DNA of 64,000 nt from a bacterium (GCA_963663405.2 CAXXSM010000025.1:1-64000); one strand, 5' to 3'; numbered from the stretch's first letter, positions 42,256 to 53,609 are shown. The notes: generated from the letters alone by a model not told the origin. Translations and numbers: made by a program.

Positions 42256-44113
42256 CTACTTCACAGGTGTTTTGTCGATTCGCTCCGCATCCAATTCAAT
42301 TATTGAATCGGACGGCGGATTCGTATGACATGTTTTGCACTGATCCAAATCCGGTTTGTTCATCATCTGTTTTTGTTCCGTATGGCAAGTGATACACAAT
42401 CCGTGCATGGCTTCGTAATAGCCGCGCGCCATGTAATTCAACGGTTTGGACGAATTGAAATTTTTAAACAATTCCAGATGACATTCCGCGCACGCTTTCG
42501 CCGTTTGCTTCGACTTCGACTGATTCGCGGGATGGCATTGAACGCAGGAAGAATTCCCATTTAACTTCTCGACATGGAAATCGTGATCGAAAATGGAACG
42601 GGATTGATACATATCGGAATGGCACGACGCGCAATCACTCGGACCGTCTTTGGGCAGGCTGGTGTGATGACACTTAACACAGCCTTTCTTCTCTCCAAAG
42701 AGTCCATTTAAAAGATATTCGTGCTTTTTGTGATCGAATAAAACAAATTCACCGGCGCGGTTGCCATCAATTCTCAACAGATCCCAACCCAAGGCTTCTT
42801 TCACGGGAACGTCTTTAGCGCGGTATCCGGAAATCGCCGTTTCCGGCAAAAACGCGGCCGCGGCGCCGATCACAAGCACAGAGATTATCGAGAACACACT
42901 GGCGTTCTTCCAAAAATTATCCCCAAGCCAAACGACGGATGTGGGATCAAACACCGGCGCTCCATATTTACGTTCTTCTTCGCTGGGAGCTTCGTGTGGT
43001 TCGTCAATAAACAGTTTGAAATTCTCCGCGCAGAAGATATAAACCAGCGCCATGCCGCTCACCAGCGCTACACTGATCATGATCTCCATCCACGAGGGGA
43101 AATACGCCACTCCCGGCGATTTCTGTATTGCGATAAGGCCAACATCGAACCGGTTCAACACAATCCCAAACACAACCATAATGGAACAGGCCAGAAGCAC
43201 ATCCAACCGCTCCCGCAGCGAACGAAAAGAAAGCAGAATCGCGGGATCAAAGCGCTGACCAGGATCTCAAATGTGAATTGCAGGCTCTGCCAGGAATTAC
43301 TAAACAGGTATCCCAACTGTCCCCGCACGGTGAGATCAATCATGCGGATCGCGAGATAGACAAACAACACCACTGATGCAGCTTTTCCCAGACCGCCAAG
43401 TAGTTCTTTCTTCGCTTTATGACCGAACAGCCAACTGGAGACGAAAGATTCTAATGTGACCATCATCAACCCCAATCCAATCGCTGTTACAAAGAACAAT
43501 AGCGGAAGAATCGGCGTATACCAGAGCGGATGCAGCCGGTGGGGCATAATGAGAAACAGAGAACCCAACGACGATTGATGCAACGTCGAAAGCACGATGC
43601 CCGCAATCACCAATGGAATCGTGAACCATTTGAGCAGCCGGTGGATCGTTTGAAAGAGCGGATGCTGAAACCATTTATGCTCAAGTACAACAGGAGCGAA
43701 CTCCAGCGCCAGCACGGTCAAGTACAGCATGACGCACCAGGCGACTTCAAACAGAACGGAATGATGCTGCCACAAGATCATGGCGTGCCAGATCCGCCAC
43801 GGCAGCCCCAAGTCGAATAATAATCCGACAGCGACCGCGATATAGCCCAAAAACGCGGTCAACACGGCGGGCCGTAAAATCGGACGGTATTTTTCCAGAT
43901 GAAAAATATACACCGTTCCGGCGATCAACAAAGCCCCCCGCCGCCAGGGCCACACCCCCCATCACATCGAAGACAATCCACAAGCCCCATGGAATGTCGT
44001 CGCTTAAGTTCGTCGTCGCGCCCAATCCCATCGAAAAAACGGGAGATCGCCAGGACGACGCCTATCGAAACCAATGCCCACAGTATAGATTTAACCGTAT
44101 TCAGCTTATTCAT
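42256..44113 (-). CDS. NrfD/HmcC (HybB-like) membrane subunit fused to C-terminal six-heme cytochrome c3-like domain (frameshifts)
   Basis: TNLSDDIPWGLWI, DLGLPWRIWH, SVLFEVAWC, LSTLHQSSLG; CxxCH x6 (CVKCH, CASCH, CVQCH, CAECH, CITCH, CKTCH). Confidence 0.85.
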
Positions 44114-44885
44114 GCTCAGTCCCTTGCGATTCGTTATCGTCTGTTTTCCCGAGTTTCATCCGCCGTTCAATAATCCAATAAGTAGCGGTCATCACACCCG
44201 CCATACCGAGGGCCACGGCGGGCACTTTGCTCAGCGCGGCCCAGGTTAATTCGGGCAGCGGTTGTTCACCCAGATCCGGCTTCCACGCCATAAATTCCAG
44301 CGGCACATCAGAGAGGTACATCACGGACGTTCCCCCGACTTCTGTCTCTCCAAACACTTTGTCAATATACCGGTCAGGATTCTCTTTGATGCGCCGCTTC
44401 GCCTCCGCGAGCAGCTCGTCCCGTTCCCCAAAGACGGTCGCTTCATATTGACAGGCGCCGGTACAGGCGGGCGTCCCCCCCTCTTTGACTTGCTCATAAC
44501 ACATCGTGCATTTTCTAATGTAAGGAATGGGGGAACTCCATTCGTACCGTGGAATCCCGAACGGACACGCCATCATACAATACCGGCATCCGATACATTT
44601 TTCCGCATCGTATACGACCGGCCCTTCCGGCGTTGTATGAAGGGCGCCGACAATGCACGCCGACGCGCAGGCCGGTTCCAAACAATGCCGGCACTGCTTG
44701 CGGACAAACCGCTCTTTTCCTTCGCGTTCAATATGCAGTACGCTGGTAAACCGCTTGCCCGATAAGCCGTCACGCGTACGGTATTCCCGCTGCGGCTGTT
44801 TCGGCAAATCGTTCCGTTCTCCGCACGCTTTTACACATTCGCCGCAGCCGACGCATCGAGTGGTATCAGTTAATATGCCTTTCAT
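44106..44885 (-). CDS. HmcB/HybA-like 4Fe-4S ferredoxin subunit with C-terminal TM helix
   Basis: CVGCGECVKAC, CRHCLEPACASAC, CIGCRYCMMACP, KCTMC. Confidence 0.9.
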   Translation of the reverse strand: MKGILTDTTRCVGCGECVKACGERNDLPKQPQREYRTRDGLSGKRFTSVLHIEREGKERFVRKQCRHCLEPACASACIVGALHTTPEGPVVYDAEKCIGCRYCMMACPFGIPRYEWSSPIPYIRKCTMCYEQVKEGGTPACTGACQYEATVFGERDELLAEAKRRIKENPDRYIDKVFGETEVGGTSVMYLSDVPLEFMAWKPDLGEQPLPELTWAALSKVPAVALGMAGVMTATYWIIERRMKLGKTDDNESQGTEHE

Positions 44886-45584
44886 ATCGGTTTCTCCTCA
44901 CCATGAACCTGAATCTCCACGTCGCGTCCCGCGTTGGGCGGGAATTTCCAGGCCAATTCCGACGTGATCCGGATAAACGGATACAACGCGCAATGCGCGA
45001 GCTTGGTAAATGGAGCCAAGAGCATGACAATGTTGCCCGCCATTACATGAATGAATAGAGTGGTTTCATAGGGCACGGGATTGTATGGCCGGGACGCGAT
45101 ATACCCCGTTCCGAAAATAATCAACAGCGCTACAAGCAGAAAATAATCCATGAATCCGCTCACCTGCCGTGTCGCGCGTGTGAAGATCCGCAGGCCCAGC
45201 AGAATCACGCCCGCGATAAGGGCCATCACTGTCAGAAGGTCCGCGAGCAGTTTCGGAATCGCCGGCCATCCAAAGCCAATACCCTCCCTCCAAAGGTTGA
45301 TGTGATCGAAAAGGAAGATCGGGACCAGTATCAGACCTATGTGCAAAAACGAATGATGAATAACTGGTCAAAGGCAGATTCCGGTGTAAACGGTGAACGG
45401 GAACAAGCCAGGAAAGAACGTTGAGAATCATTTTCCCATACTGGTTGTCACGGTCCCGCGCCCGGTAGATCATTTGCCCGATTCCCCAAATTGCGAACAC
45501 GATATGCCGCAGCAATCCAAGGACCATCACAATAAAACAAAACCGGAAGAGCGGTCCGCGCGCAATCGTTAATAAATCCTCCAT
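44882..45584 (-). CDS. HmcE/TmcC/DsrM (NarI-like) membrane cytochrome b (frameshift ~45345)
   Basis: ARGPLF, FHIGLILVPIFLFDHINLW, IHVMAGN, PFTKLAH. Confidence 0.85.
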
Positions 45585-45624
45585 ATCAAAACTCCTTTAT
45601 CATCCGGCACAATACAGATTTGTC

Positions 45625-47082
45625 TTATTTATCCGCCGCGTCTTTATTGGCTTCTTCTTTTCCCTCCCCGGCGCCGTCTTCTTGTTTTGGAAAACGGATC
45701 GCGCGGAGAATAAGATCATGCAAACCGATCACTTGAGCGGGAACATCATAAAACTCGACAACTTCTTTCAGCTGTTTCTTGCAATTGGCGCAGGGAGAGA
45801 TCACATAATCCGCCCCCGTCGCGCGGATCTGTTCCGCTTTGAGTTTACCCGCCACTTTCATCCGGTAATCATGCACTTCGTCCACGGACACAGTGCCCCC
45901 GCCTCCGCCGCAGCAATAATTCTCGCGGCCATGCGGCGTCATTTCGACGAAATTCTTGATAAATGATTTGATGATCTTTCTCGGTTGATCGACAATCCAA
46001 CCTGAGCGGGCGATATTGCAGGGATCGTGATAAGTCACCGTTTCCGTGATGGCATCGGGATCGAGTTCGATCTTTCCCTCTTCGATCGCTTTTAAGGTAT
46101 ATTCTTGAATGCTGATCACGGGGAGTTCTTCGCCTTCATTGAAGGTCGGAACAAACGCTTTCGCTGAGCGGGACGCGTGACCGCACTCACCGATCAAGAT
46201 TTTCTTACCCCGCAGCCGCCGCGTTTCCTCGATCTCTTTCGAGACAATACGGCCCAGCATCGCGTCGCTGTAGAAGAGACCGTAATTGATCCCATCAAAA
46301 TACTTCGTGCCGATGGTCCAATTATCCTGGTCCCCGGCGGCGTAGAGCACCGCCCGCGTTTCCCATTAAGGTATCCGGCTCCAAGAGATAATCACTGACC
46401 GCCGGGAAGAAGACATATTCGCAATCTTCTTGATCGATTGGAAATTTAATCTTTTGTCCCGTCAGTTCTTCGAGTTCTTCCTCCAGAAACTCACAGGTGT
46501 CGATCATCGCGGGCGCCGGAATGGCGGAGGTGTTCGCGGTCTTCCCCTCCAATTGTTCGCGGACACTTACGAGAAGCGCCTTCGGTACGATTCCCATTTC
46601 ACTCAAAATGAATCGTGACAGACGCATGATCAATCCATGATCCACACCCATAGGACACTCAAGAATACAGCGGCGGCATCCCGTGCAGTTGTAAAAGGTA
46701 TCCAACATTCTGTCGATGGTTTCCTCTTGCAAACCAGGATCGCCCAACATCCGGCCGCGCAGCCATCCACCCAGGGTAAAATGACGGCGATATACATTCA
46801 GCAAAAGGCTTGACCGGGCACACGGCCACATCGTTGGGATCACCGGTGGCCTGATAGAGTTGACACGTCCCGGCGCAACGGGCGCACTTAGTCGTAGCGC
46901 GGGAATAAATATCCTAGCAGCGGCCGGTAATTGCTATGACGCAGGATCGCCGCGAAAATGTCTAAAAATTTCTTAACTCGGCCTTCTTCAAGCGGTTTTT
47001 CCACATAATACGGATAGGTTTTCTTCTTGGTCTCCGCCGCCGGCTGTTTTTCTTGCTCGATTTGTTCAACTGCAGCCGTCAT
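45625..47082 (-). CDS. HmcF/TmcB/DsrK-like Fe-S (CCG-domain) oxidoreductase (several frameshifts)
   Basis: CARCAGTC, CTGCRRCILECPMG, GECGH, TYHDPCN, CCGGGGG, PCANC. Confidence 0.85.
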
Positions 47083-47169
47083 GGATCACTCCTCCTTCAA
47101 TAGTAAAAAAGCGCGCAGGCTTTCGGATTGTGTTTTCATTTACGTTTCTCCGGCCTAAAAAATGGGCCG

Positions 47170-48150
47170 TTATCCTTTCTTCAAACAATGATTCAACCGC
47201 CAAGAATAGCGCCCCTCGCACGCCGTTTCTTCTGGAAACAGGTTTTTACACGCGAGTGTGTCTTTTCCCATAATTGTGATCACCGGCGCGCGGCTGGATC
47301 GGTCCAAGGTTTGATTGAACTGAAAACAAGGCCCGACGGTGATGACAATGTCACAATTGGCGTCATTCAGAATCCGGACCATGTTATTGGCGTCACAAGC
47401 TGGTTCATCCACGGTAATGGACAGTTGCTCTTTCCGCCGCCCAAACTGACAACAGATCGGAAACAGCTGAATCGGCGGTTCGAATTGTTCTAAAATCCAC
47501 TCCATATCATCAAAAACAGCCGTACAAAATACGATACCCGCCCGTTGGCTCCGCAGCGTATGAATATACTCGGTCGCATCTTCCAGCCGGGAGATCGGCG
47601 CACCGCTCAAACTGGTCAGATAATAGGAATGATTGTGATCTCGATTGGATACAAATTCATGACGGGGAGTGTCTGTAAACGTGACACAGCCCTGGCTCAT
47701 ACAGCAAGTTCGCTCGTTGCATTCCACACAGTTAATCAAGCAGGAGGAATACGGTGAAACCTGAGGCGCTAAAAATGGGAACGGAGATTCTGTTTTCTCC
47801 ATTCCCGGATCCAACTTTGATGTCTCATACCCAAACCAAGGCTCGAGCCGGTCCTCCACCAATGCGGTGATGATCTCCTCGACCGTCCCCGTGACGTTGC
47901 AGATCACTTGAAATCCTTCTTCTTCCAAGCGCCGCTGGTCTTTCCGTTCAATGCCGCCGCAGACGATCATTCGCACTCCTTGCTGAAGAAGAATTTCGAT
48001 GACACTGGCACCGTTCAATTGATCCCGCGCGATCGTCCGCGTTTCCGCCACACCATCCTCTCCCAATCGGACAACAAAAAACGCGCTCGAATAATTGAAG
48101 AGCGGAGCGACACGATTTCGTAATATGGGAAAAGCGGCTGTAATGTTCAT
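47170..48150 (-). CDS. NifX/NifB-like domain fused to Cys-rich DUF1847-like domain
   Basis: RVAPLFN, IVCGGI; C-terminal CVECNERTC, SRLED, GIVFC, CCQFG, ACD, KD. Confidence 0.65.
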   Translation of the reverse strand: MNITAAFPILRNRVAPLFNYSSAFFVVRLGEDGVAETRTIARDQLNGASVIEILLQQGVRMIVCGGIERKDQRRLEEEGFQVICNVTGTVEEIITALVEDRLEPWFGYETSKLDPGMEKTESPFPFLAPQVSPYSSCLINCVECNERTCCMSQGCVTFTDTPRHEFVSNRDHNHSYYLTSLSGAPISRLEDATEYIHTLRSQRAGIVFCTAVFDDMEWILEQFEPPIQLFPICCQFGRRKEQLSITVDEPACDANNMVRILNDANCDIVITVGPCFQFNQTLDRSSRAPVITIMGKDTLACKNLFPEETACEGRYSWRLNHCLKKG

Positions 48151-48174
48151 GACTTTTATCCAGCTTTATACTAG

Positions 48175-48188
48175 GCAATAACCGTGCC
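48175..48188 (-). promoter_or_regulatory. sigma54 (-24/-12) promoter for the Hmc-like operon
   Basis: GGCACGGTTATTGC = GG-N10-GC, about 25 nt upstream of the 48150 start; divergent EBP gene adjacent. Confidence 0.8.
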
Positions 48189-48437
48189 CTATTGTTTAGA
48201 CAGATTGTAAAAGCGAGTGAATGGAAAAGAATAATGGTATCGCAGATAGGAAAAAGAGAGATAAGCGGCCATACCAGCGCTGATGTTAAATCTATTGTAT
48301 CCCTTTGATTGCAAAGCGTTTATTCCATCAATCCTCTCAAATAATCCGGGAAAATGAGTGATTTGCTGTATAATAATCAATAGATGGGAAACCAATCCTA
48401 AAAAAACAGATTGACTTCGTTGAAAATCCGGCTTTAA

Positions 48438-48484
48438 TGTTTCATAAAAGCAACACGTTGCAACGTTGTTTCATAAATGAAACA
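48438..48484. promoter_or_regulatory. Tandem palindromic UAS (putative EBP binding sites)
   Basis: TGTTTCATAAAAGCAACA (48438-48455) and TGTTTCATAAATGAAACA (48467-48484). Confidence 0.7.
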
Positions 48485-48501
48485 TTTTAAAGAGCCGAAT
48501 C

Positions 48502-49851
48502 ATGAAACCCAGCCTCGAAACCCTTCCCGATCCTCAACTGTTTGAATTGATCTTCGATAGCGTCGCTGAAGGGATCTTCACGACAGACATCAATTGCCGG
48601 ATCACTTCCTTCAACCGGGCGGCGGAAAAGATTTCCGGATTCAGCCGCGCCCAAGCCATTGGGCAGTATTGCTTTGACATCTTCCGCACCGATTTATGTC
48701 ACCGGCAGTGTGCGTTGCGGAATACGTTGAGTCAGCGAATTCCCATTTCCAACATCCGGGTCAACATCCTCACGCGGGACGGCGTAAAAAAACCCATCAG
48801 CGTCAGTACATCCATTCTTCATAACAAAGCAGGACGGGTCAATGGAGCGGTGGAAATCTTCCGTGATCTCTCCAGCCTCGAAGAACTGCGCAAACAAGCG
48901 GTAGGGAGTAAAACCTTTGAGAATATCGTCAGCCGCAATCCTGAAATGCACGAGATTTTCGAACTGATCCCCGATGTGGCGCAGTCAGAATGCAGCGTCC
49001 TCGTTCAAGGACCCAGCGGATCCGGGAAGGAACTCATCACCCGCTCGCTGCACCAACTCAGCCCGCGAAGAGATAAACCGTACATCCGTGTCAATTGCGC
49101 CGCCCTGCCGGCCAATCTGCTGGAATCCGAGCTCTTCGGCTACGTCAAAGGCGCGTTCACCGACGCCCGCCGCGACAAACCCGGCCGTTTTGTCCTCGCC
49201 GATGGGGGAACCGTGCTTTTGGATGAAATTGCGGATATGCCCCTGCCCCTGCAGGCGAAACTTCTGCGTGTCCTCCAAGAAGGCGAAGTTCAGCCGCTGG
49301 GTTCTACCCGCACACTCTCTGTGGATGTGCGCGTGATCTCTTCCACCAACCGTCCACTGAAACAGATGGTGGAACAAGGGCAGTTTCGGGAAGATCTCTA
49401 TTACCGTTTGAACGTGATCGCGATCGACCTTCCCCCCCTCAGCCGCCGCCGTGAGGATATCCCGATTCTCATCGATTACTTCATCCAACAGCTGCGCTAC
49501 AAAACCGGAAAACCGATCCAGAACGTGGATGATGAGGTTATAGATCACTTGATGAATTATGATTTTCCCGGCAACGTGCGGGAACTTGAAAACCTGATTG
49601 AACACACTTTCGTTCTCTGCAAAAGCGAGACCATTGAACTTCAACACCTGCCCCGGTATTTATTCGAATCACCTCCCCCACGAGAAAAGCCACAAACCAA
49701 ACCGGTCACGTCCCTCGGCCAGGCGGAAAAACAAGTCATTGAAGACAGTCTGCGCGAACACAACGGGAACAAGCAAAAAACAGCGGAAGCCCTGGGAATC
49801 CACCGCTCCACCCTATGGCGAAAAATATGCGCGTATGGGATTGATGGGTGA
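48502..49851 (+). CDS. PAS-domain sigma54-dependent enhancer-binding protein
   Basis: GPSGSGKE, ESELFGYVKGAFTDA, FREDLYYRLNV, PGNVRELEN, Fis HTH. Confidence 0.95.
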   Translation: MKPSLETLPDPQLFELIFDSVAEGIFTTDINCRITSFNRAAEKISGFSRAQAIGQYCFDIFRTDLCHRQCALRNTLSQRIPISNIRVNILTRDGVKKPISVSTSILHNKAGRVNGAVEIFRDLSSLEELRKQAVGSKTFENIVSRNPEMHEIFELIPDVAQSECSVLVQGPSGSGKELITRSLHQLSPRRDKPYIRVNCAALPANLLESELFGYVKGAFTDARRDKPGRFVLADGGTVLLDEIADMPLPLQAKLLRVLQEGEVQPLGSTRTLSVDVRVISSTNRPLKQMVEQGQFREDLYYRLNVIAIDLPPLSRRREDIPILIDYFIQQLRYKTGKPIQNVDDEVIDHLMNYDFPGNVRELENLIEHTFVLCKSETIELQHLPRYLFESPPPREKPQTKPVTSLGQAEKQVIEDSLREHNGNKQKTAEALGIHRSTLWRKICAYGIDG

Positions 49852-49868
49852 GTGATTAGAAAAGAGAT

Positions 49869-50174
49869 TTATACTTCAGTCTCTTTGATTCTTTCTGGAA
49901 CGTCCATTCGGTCGTAAAGCACGCGAATGATGACGATCCCTTTTTCTTCTTTTCGATACATGATGAGATAGCGGCCTTCGTGATAGCAATAAAGCCCTTC
50001 TGAGATGCTGTTACGTCTCAGGCCGAGATCGGGATTTTTACTCAGCGCCTCAATTCGCTTTTTTAGTTGTCGAAGGTATTTGCTTGCCTGCCGGATACCC
50101 CAAGTTTCGTAAGTATACTTCCAAATATCGTCTAAGTCGGTATCGCTTGCTTTAAGGAGTCTATATCGAGACAT
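49869..50174 (-). CDS. parE: ParE/RelE family toxin
   Basis: YRLLKASDTDLDDIWKYTYETWG..QA..Y, IIRVLYDRMD. Confidence 0.88.
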   Translation of the reverse strand: MSRYRLLKASDTDLDDIWKYTYETWGIRQASKYLRQLKKRIEALSKNPDLGLRRNSISEGLYCYHEGRYLIMYRKEEKGIVIIRVLYDRMDVPERIKETEV

Positions 50175-50437
50175 TATAAGCAGGTTTCTTTTACAGCGGA
50201 TTCGTTGTCTGCGATAATATCATCGATTGTCCGGGCGCTATACTCCCCACGGGCTAACTGTTCATCTCCAATGCGAACGGCCTCGCGAAGCCGGTCGAGT
50301 TTGATTTCATGGAGTTGATCGCCTCTTTCCATAAGCCTAAGCGCTTCGCGAATCACCTCGCTTGCATTGTTGTATAATCCGCTTTCGACCTTCTCTTTGA
50401 CAAACGACTCAAGTCGATCAGTTAGGGATACATGCAT
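50174..50437 (-). CDS. parD: ParD family antitoxin (RHH)
   Basis: MHVSLT..VESGLYNNASEVIREALRL. Confidence 0.9.
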   Translation of the reverse strand: MHVSLTDRLESFVKEKVESGLYNNASEVIREALRLMERGDQLHEIKLDRLREAVRIGDEQLARGEYSARTIDDIIADNESAVKETCL

Positions 50438-50618
50438 AGCCGAAATACCTCCGATACGTTTCCCTAATTATATCTTCTCATACAATCATTGACAATCTTT
50501 GTATAAGCGCATCAGAACTTGGGTCATTTTAAGTCATCTTGAATCGTCGTTATGCTCACCGATGTCTTCTTAGCAAACTGGCTTTGTTTTAAGATAAATT
50601 CCGCAATTTATGTCGTTT

Positions 50619-51644
50619 TCATTTCCCTTTAGGCATTTTGTTTAGCCGCATCATCCAGTTTTCACCGACCCAATAGCCTTCGAATGGTGGTTGTTTTGGT
50701 GTTTGATTCGGCACGCCTTCAAGGGTGACCATACTGAGATCATAAATTTGGGCGATGTTCTTTGCTTTGAGCGATTCGTTTGTAATCGCCAAGTGGATGG
50801 GCAGCCGCCATTGAATCACCTGGCCAAAGATATTCCGTTCCGCGACTTTCCACGGCCCTTGGACAGAGACCGCGAGGATATCCACTTTTTTCTTTTTATT
50901 TTTTCCCCACCGGTCGTCATTTTTGAAAAAGTCCAACGCCGCCTTGGTCAATTCATCCGTTTTACCTGGCCCAGGGAAATCATTGACGGATGGTTTCCAC
51001 GTTCTCGCATCGATATCTTTCTCGATCTGTTCCGCTAATTCCGCGATCTGTTGATCCATATTCGCGAGCATCTGGTTGATTTCTTTGTTATTGGGATCGA
51101 ATTTCTGTCCTGCGGTGAGGAGCGCTTTGGTGTCCTGCATCCGTTTCACGCGGATTTGTTCGGCCATGGAATCGAGGTAGGAAAGCATATTCTTGCTTTT
51201 CCGGGCGATATCTTCAGCGGTCGCCTTGCGGCTCTTGATAATGTTATTGGCGCCTTCGTAAAGCCGTTCAAACCGGTTGCCAACATTTTGATCGGTTTCG
51301 ACTCCCAGGCCGCGCAGTTTGTTATTGATATCCATTGGTTTGACGCCGTATTTTTCCGCGAATAACGCAAGGATCGGCTGTACCTCCGGTATCGCTTCTT
51401 TTTCGACATCTTCCAAGGTTTTCAAGGCCGCTTCTGCTTCATCCGCCTTCATCCCATAAAAAATGCTATTGCCATGAATTAAATCGAATTTATTACCATG
51501 TTTCTTGTACGTCTCCAGCAATTTTTCCGCGTCTGCCTGCGCCTGATTGTCGGCGGCAAACGACATTTCTGGCAGGGCGAAAAATCCAATTACAATTATG
51601 CTGACAGTGACGAAACTCCCTAATTTAAGTATCTTTTCTTGCAT
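50619..51644 (-). CDS. Secreted helical hypothetical protein
   Basis: Signal peptide ending SFA; AGGAG RBS. Confidence 0.7.
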   Translation of the reverse strand: MQEKILKLGSFVTVSIIVIGFFALPEMSFAADNQAQADAEKLLETYKKHGNKFDLIHGNSIFYGMKADEAEAALKTLEDVEKEAIPEVQPILALFAEKYGVKPMDINNKLRGLGVETDQNVGNRFERLYEGANNIIKSRKATAEDIARKSKNMLSYLDSMAEQIRVKRMQDTKALLTAGQKFDPNNKEINQMLANMDQQIAELAEQIEKDIDARTWKPSVNDFPGPGKTDELTKAALDFFKNDDRWGKNKKKKVDILAVSVQGPWKVAERNIFGQVIQWRLPIHLAITNESLKAKNIAQIYDLSMVTLEGVPNQTPKQPPFEGYWVGENWMMRLNKMPKGK

Positions 51645-51976
51645 TTTTTCCTCCTTGATTGTTTAAATGTATGTTACATGGATTTCGTAATACCCATCCA
51701 CGAAATAATAATATTGTAAAAATATTTTATCCCTCATTCGAATCATACATCAGATTTTATTTTTATTCAATTCAATATTCAGATCGAATAAAAACGTAAT
51801 ATTATTTCCGTTCCTAATTTATATTTGTCATTAGGCTTCGATCTTTATATATTAAGTATGGTGGATTCTTTATATGTAAATGAGTCAAGAAAACTTTCTC
51901 ACTCGCAATCCCTATCGCGACTCATTTTCATTTGTAGGTTGTGATCTCAATCACGCTGGTTATATAGGAGTTATTA

Positions 51977-52294
51977 ATGGATTTTCTTATCAATCTGTTT
52001 ATCGAGGGTTCTGGTTTCGTCATGAGTTACGCCGTCGTTCTCTTCATCGCCGGCATGATTCTTGATCTATTTGAAGGAAAACATGGCCGGGGTGTGGTTG
52101 GCTGCGCGTTTTCGGCGGTTATCTCTTCCATCGGTATTTTGGCCGTTGATCTATTGTTTTATTATTTGATTGGGAATGATTACATCGGTTGGATATGTAA
52201 ATTCGCTGTGATCTGGATCTGTTTCAACCTAAGAAACTTTATGGAATTCCTGGTTTTTCTCCTATCGATGTTTATTGTCTATTCAATTACTTAA
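51977..52294 (+). CDS. Small membrane hypothetical protein
   Basis: AGGAG RBS; three to four hydrophobic segments. Confidence 0.6.
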   Translation: MDFLINLFIEGSGFVMSYAVVLFIAGMILDLFEGKHGRGVVGCAFSAVISSIGILAVDLLFYYLIGNDYIGWICKFAVIWICFNLRNFMEFLVFLLSMFIVYSIT

Positions 52295-52694
52295 CAATAA
52301 TTCCTCATCCAACGTAAAGACATGGTTAAACAAAACTATCTCTTGCCGTATTCTTCAAGTTTTATCACAGAGTCTCACCCATTGACTGAAATTATATTGA
52401 TTAGATATTTATCATATCAATACATTTATGTAAAATTAATTTACTAATATATCACTATAATTACAACCACTATTATAGATTTTTATAGGAAGGGCATAAA
52501 ATAAGATATTCTAATAAGTCTTTTAAAATGAGAAGGTTAATAGATAAGAAATAGTTAAAACAAGAAGTAATGCGCCTGAGATGACTTTGCGCGTATTGCC
52601 AAAACACAGTGAAATCGCGTATAATATTTAGGAATAAATAAATGACTAAAAAATTGCTCCGGGGAGATGACTCTCCTCCAAACACACAAATAAA

Positions 52695-53609
52695 ATGGCC
52701 GCCGGGAAAGCGAAAAAACAAAGTGATAACAGCTCCCCTAAAGCAAAAACGGCTGTAAAAAAGGGCGCGAATAAACAATCCACAAAGAGTTCCAACTCGA
52801 GGGATAATGCGAAAATGCGCTCAAAATCGACGGTTTCCAAGACGAAAACAGCACAAAAGAAAGAAAAATCCAAATCGAAAAGTCCTTCCATGAAAAAAGC
52901 GGCTGTAAAAACGAAAACAACGGTGCCCTCCCGCGCAAAACCTAAAACAGCCGGTCAATCAAAAACAACAAGCGCAAAATCTAAGAAAAAGTCTACCTCA
53001 ATCAAAAAGATAGCCCCTAAGATCAACGCGAACTCTTCTACTGAAAAAAAGAAGGTTCGATCCAGCTCACGCAACAAGAAAACCAAGCCAAATCTGGAAT
53101 TTCCCAAAACGAAATGGGGAACGGATGGCACGATCAGTTTCGAAGCGACAGAGCATCTTCCACAACCCGCTCTCACAAGCATCGCGGGTGGTTTTGTCTT
53201 TCATGATGGGAAAGTCGTTATGGCCAATATTCCCGGACGGGGATGGGAAATTATCGGTGGACGGATTGACGTAGGAGAAACACCGGAAGAAACCTTCTGC
53301 CGGGAAACATACAATCAAGTGGGTGTGATCCTCTCCCATGTCAAAATGATCGGTGTGGTCAAAATCGAACATACGGGTCCCGAACCACCGAATTGTCCAT
53401 ACCCTTTTCCTATCGGTTATGGGATTCAGTTTATCGGTATCGTCGATGAACTTTTACCCTTTACCGGAGGCGCGGATTCACTTGGCCGCTCATTGATTAC
53501 ACCGGAAGGCCTTAAAGAACATTATTATGAATGGAACGACTATTTTGAGGCCGTTTTTAAATACGCGTATTCGGTCTATACGAAATGGCGTAAGAAATTG
53601 AAAGTATAA
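52695..53609 (+). CDS. Nudix-fold protein with long Lys/Ser-rich N-terminal extension
   Basis: GRGWEIIGGRIDVGETPEETFCRETYNQVG; first ~135 aa low complexity. Confidence 0.8.
   Translation: MAAGKAKKQSDNSSPKAKTAVKKGANKQSTKSSNSRDNAKMRSKSTVSKTKTAQKKEKSKSKSPSMKKAAVKTKTTVPSRAKPKTAGQSKTTSAKSKKKSTSIKKIAPKINANSSTEKKKVRSSSRNKKTKPNLEFPKTKWGTDGTISFEATEHLPQPALTSIAGGFVFHDGKVVMANIPGRGWEIIGGRIDVGETPEETFCRETYNQVGVILSHVKMIGVVKIEHTGPEPPNCPYPFPIGYGIQFIGIVDELLPFTGGADSLGRSLITPEGLKEHYYEWNDYFEAVFKYAYSVYTKWRKKLKV

Noticed and set aside
47170-48150. Nitrogen-fixation gene
   Set aside because: The NifX-like fold is widespread outside nif clusters, and no nifHDK is present here.
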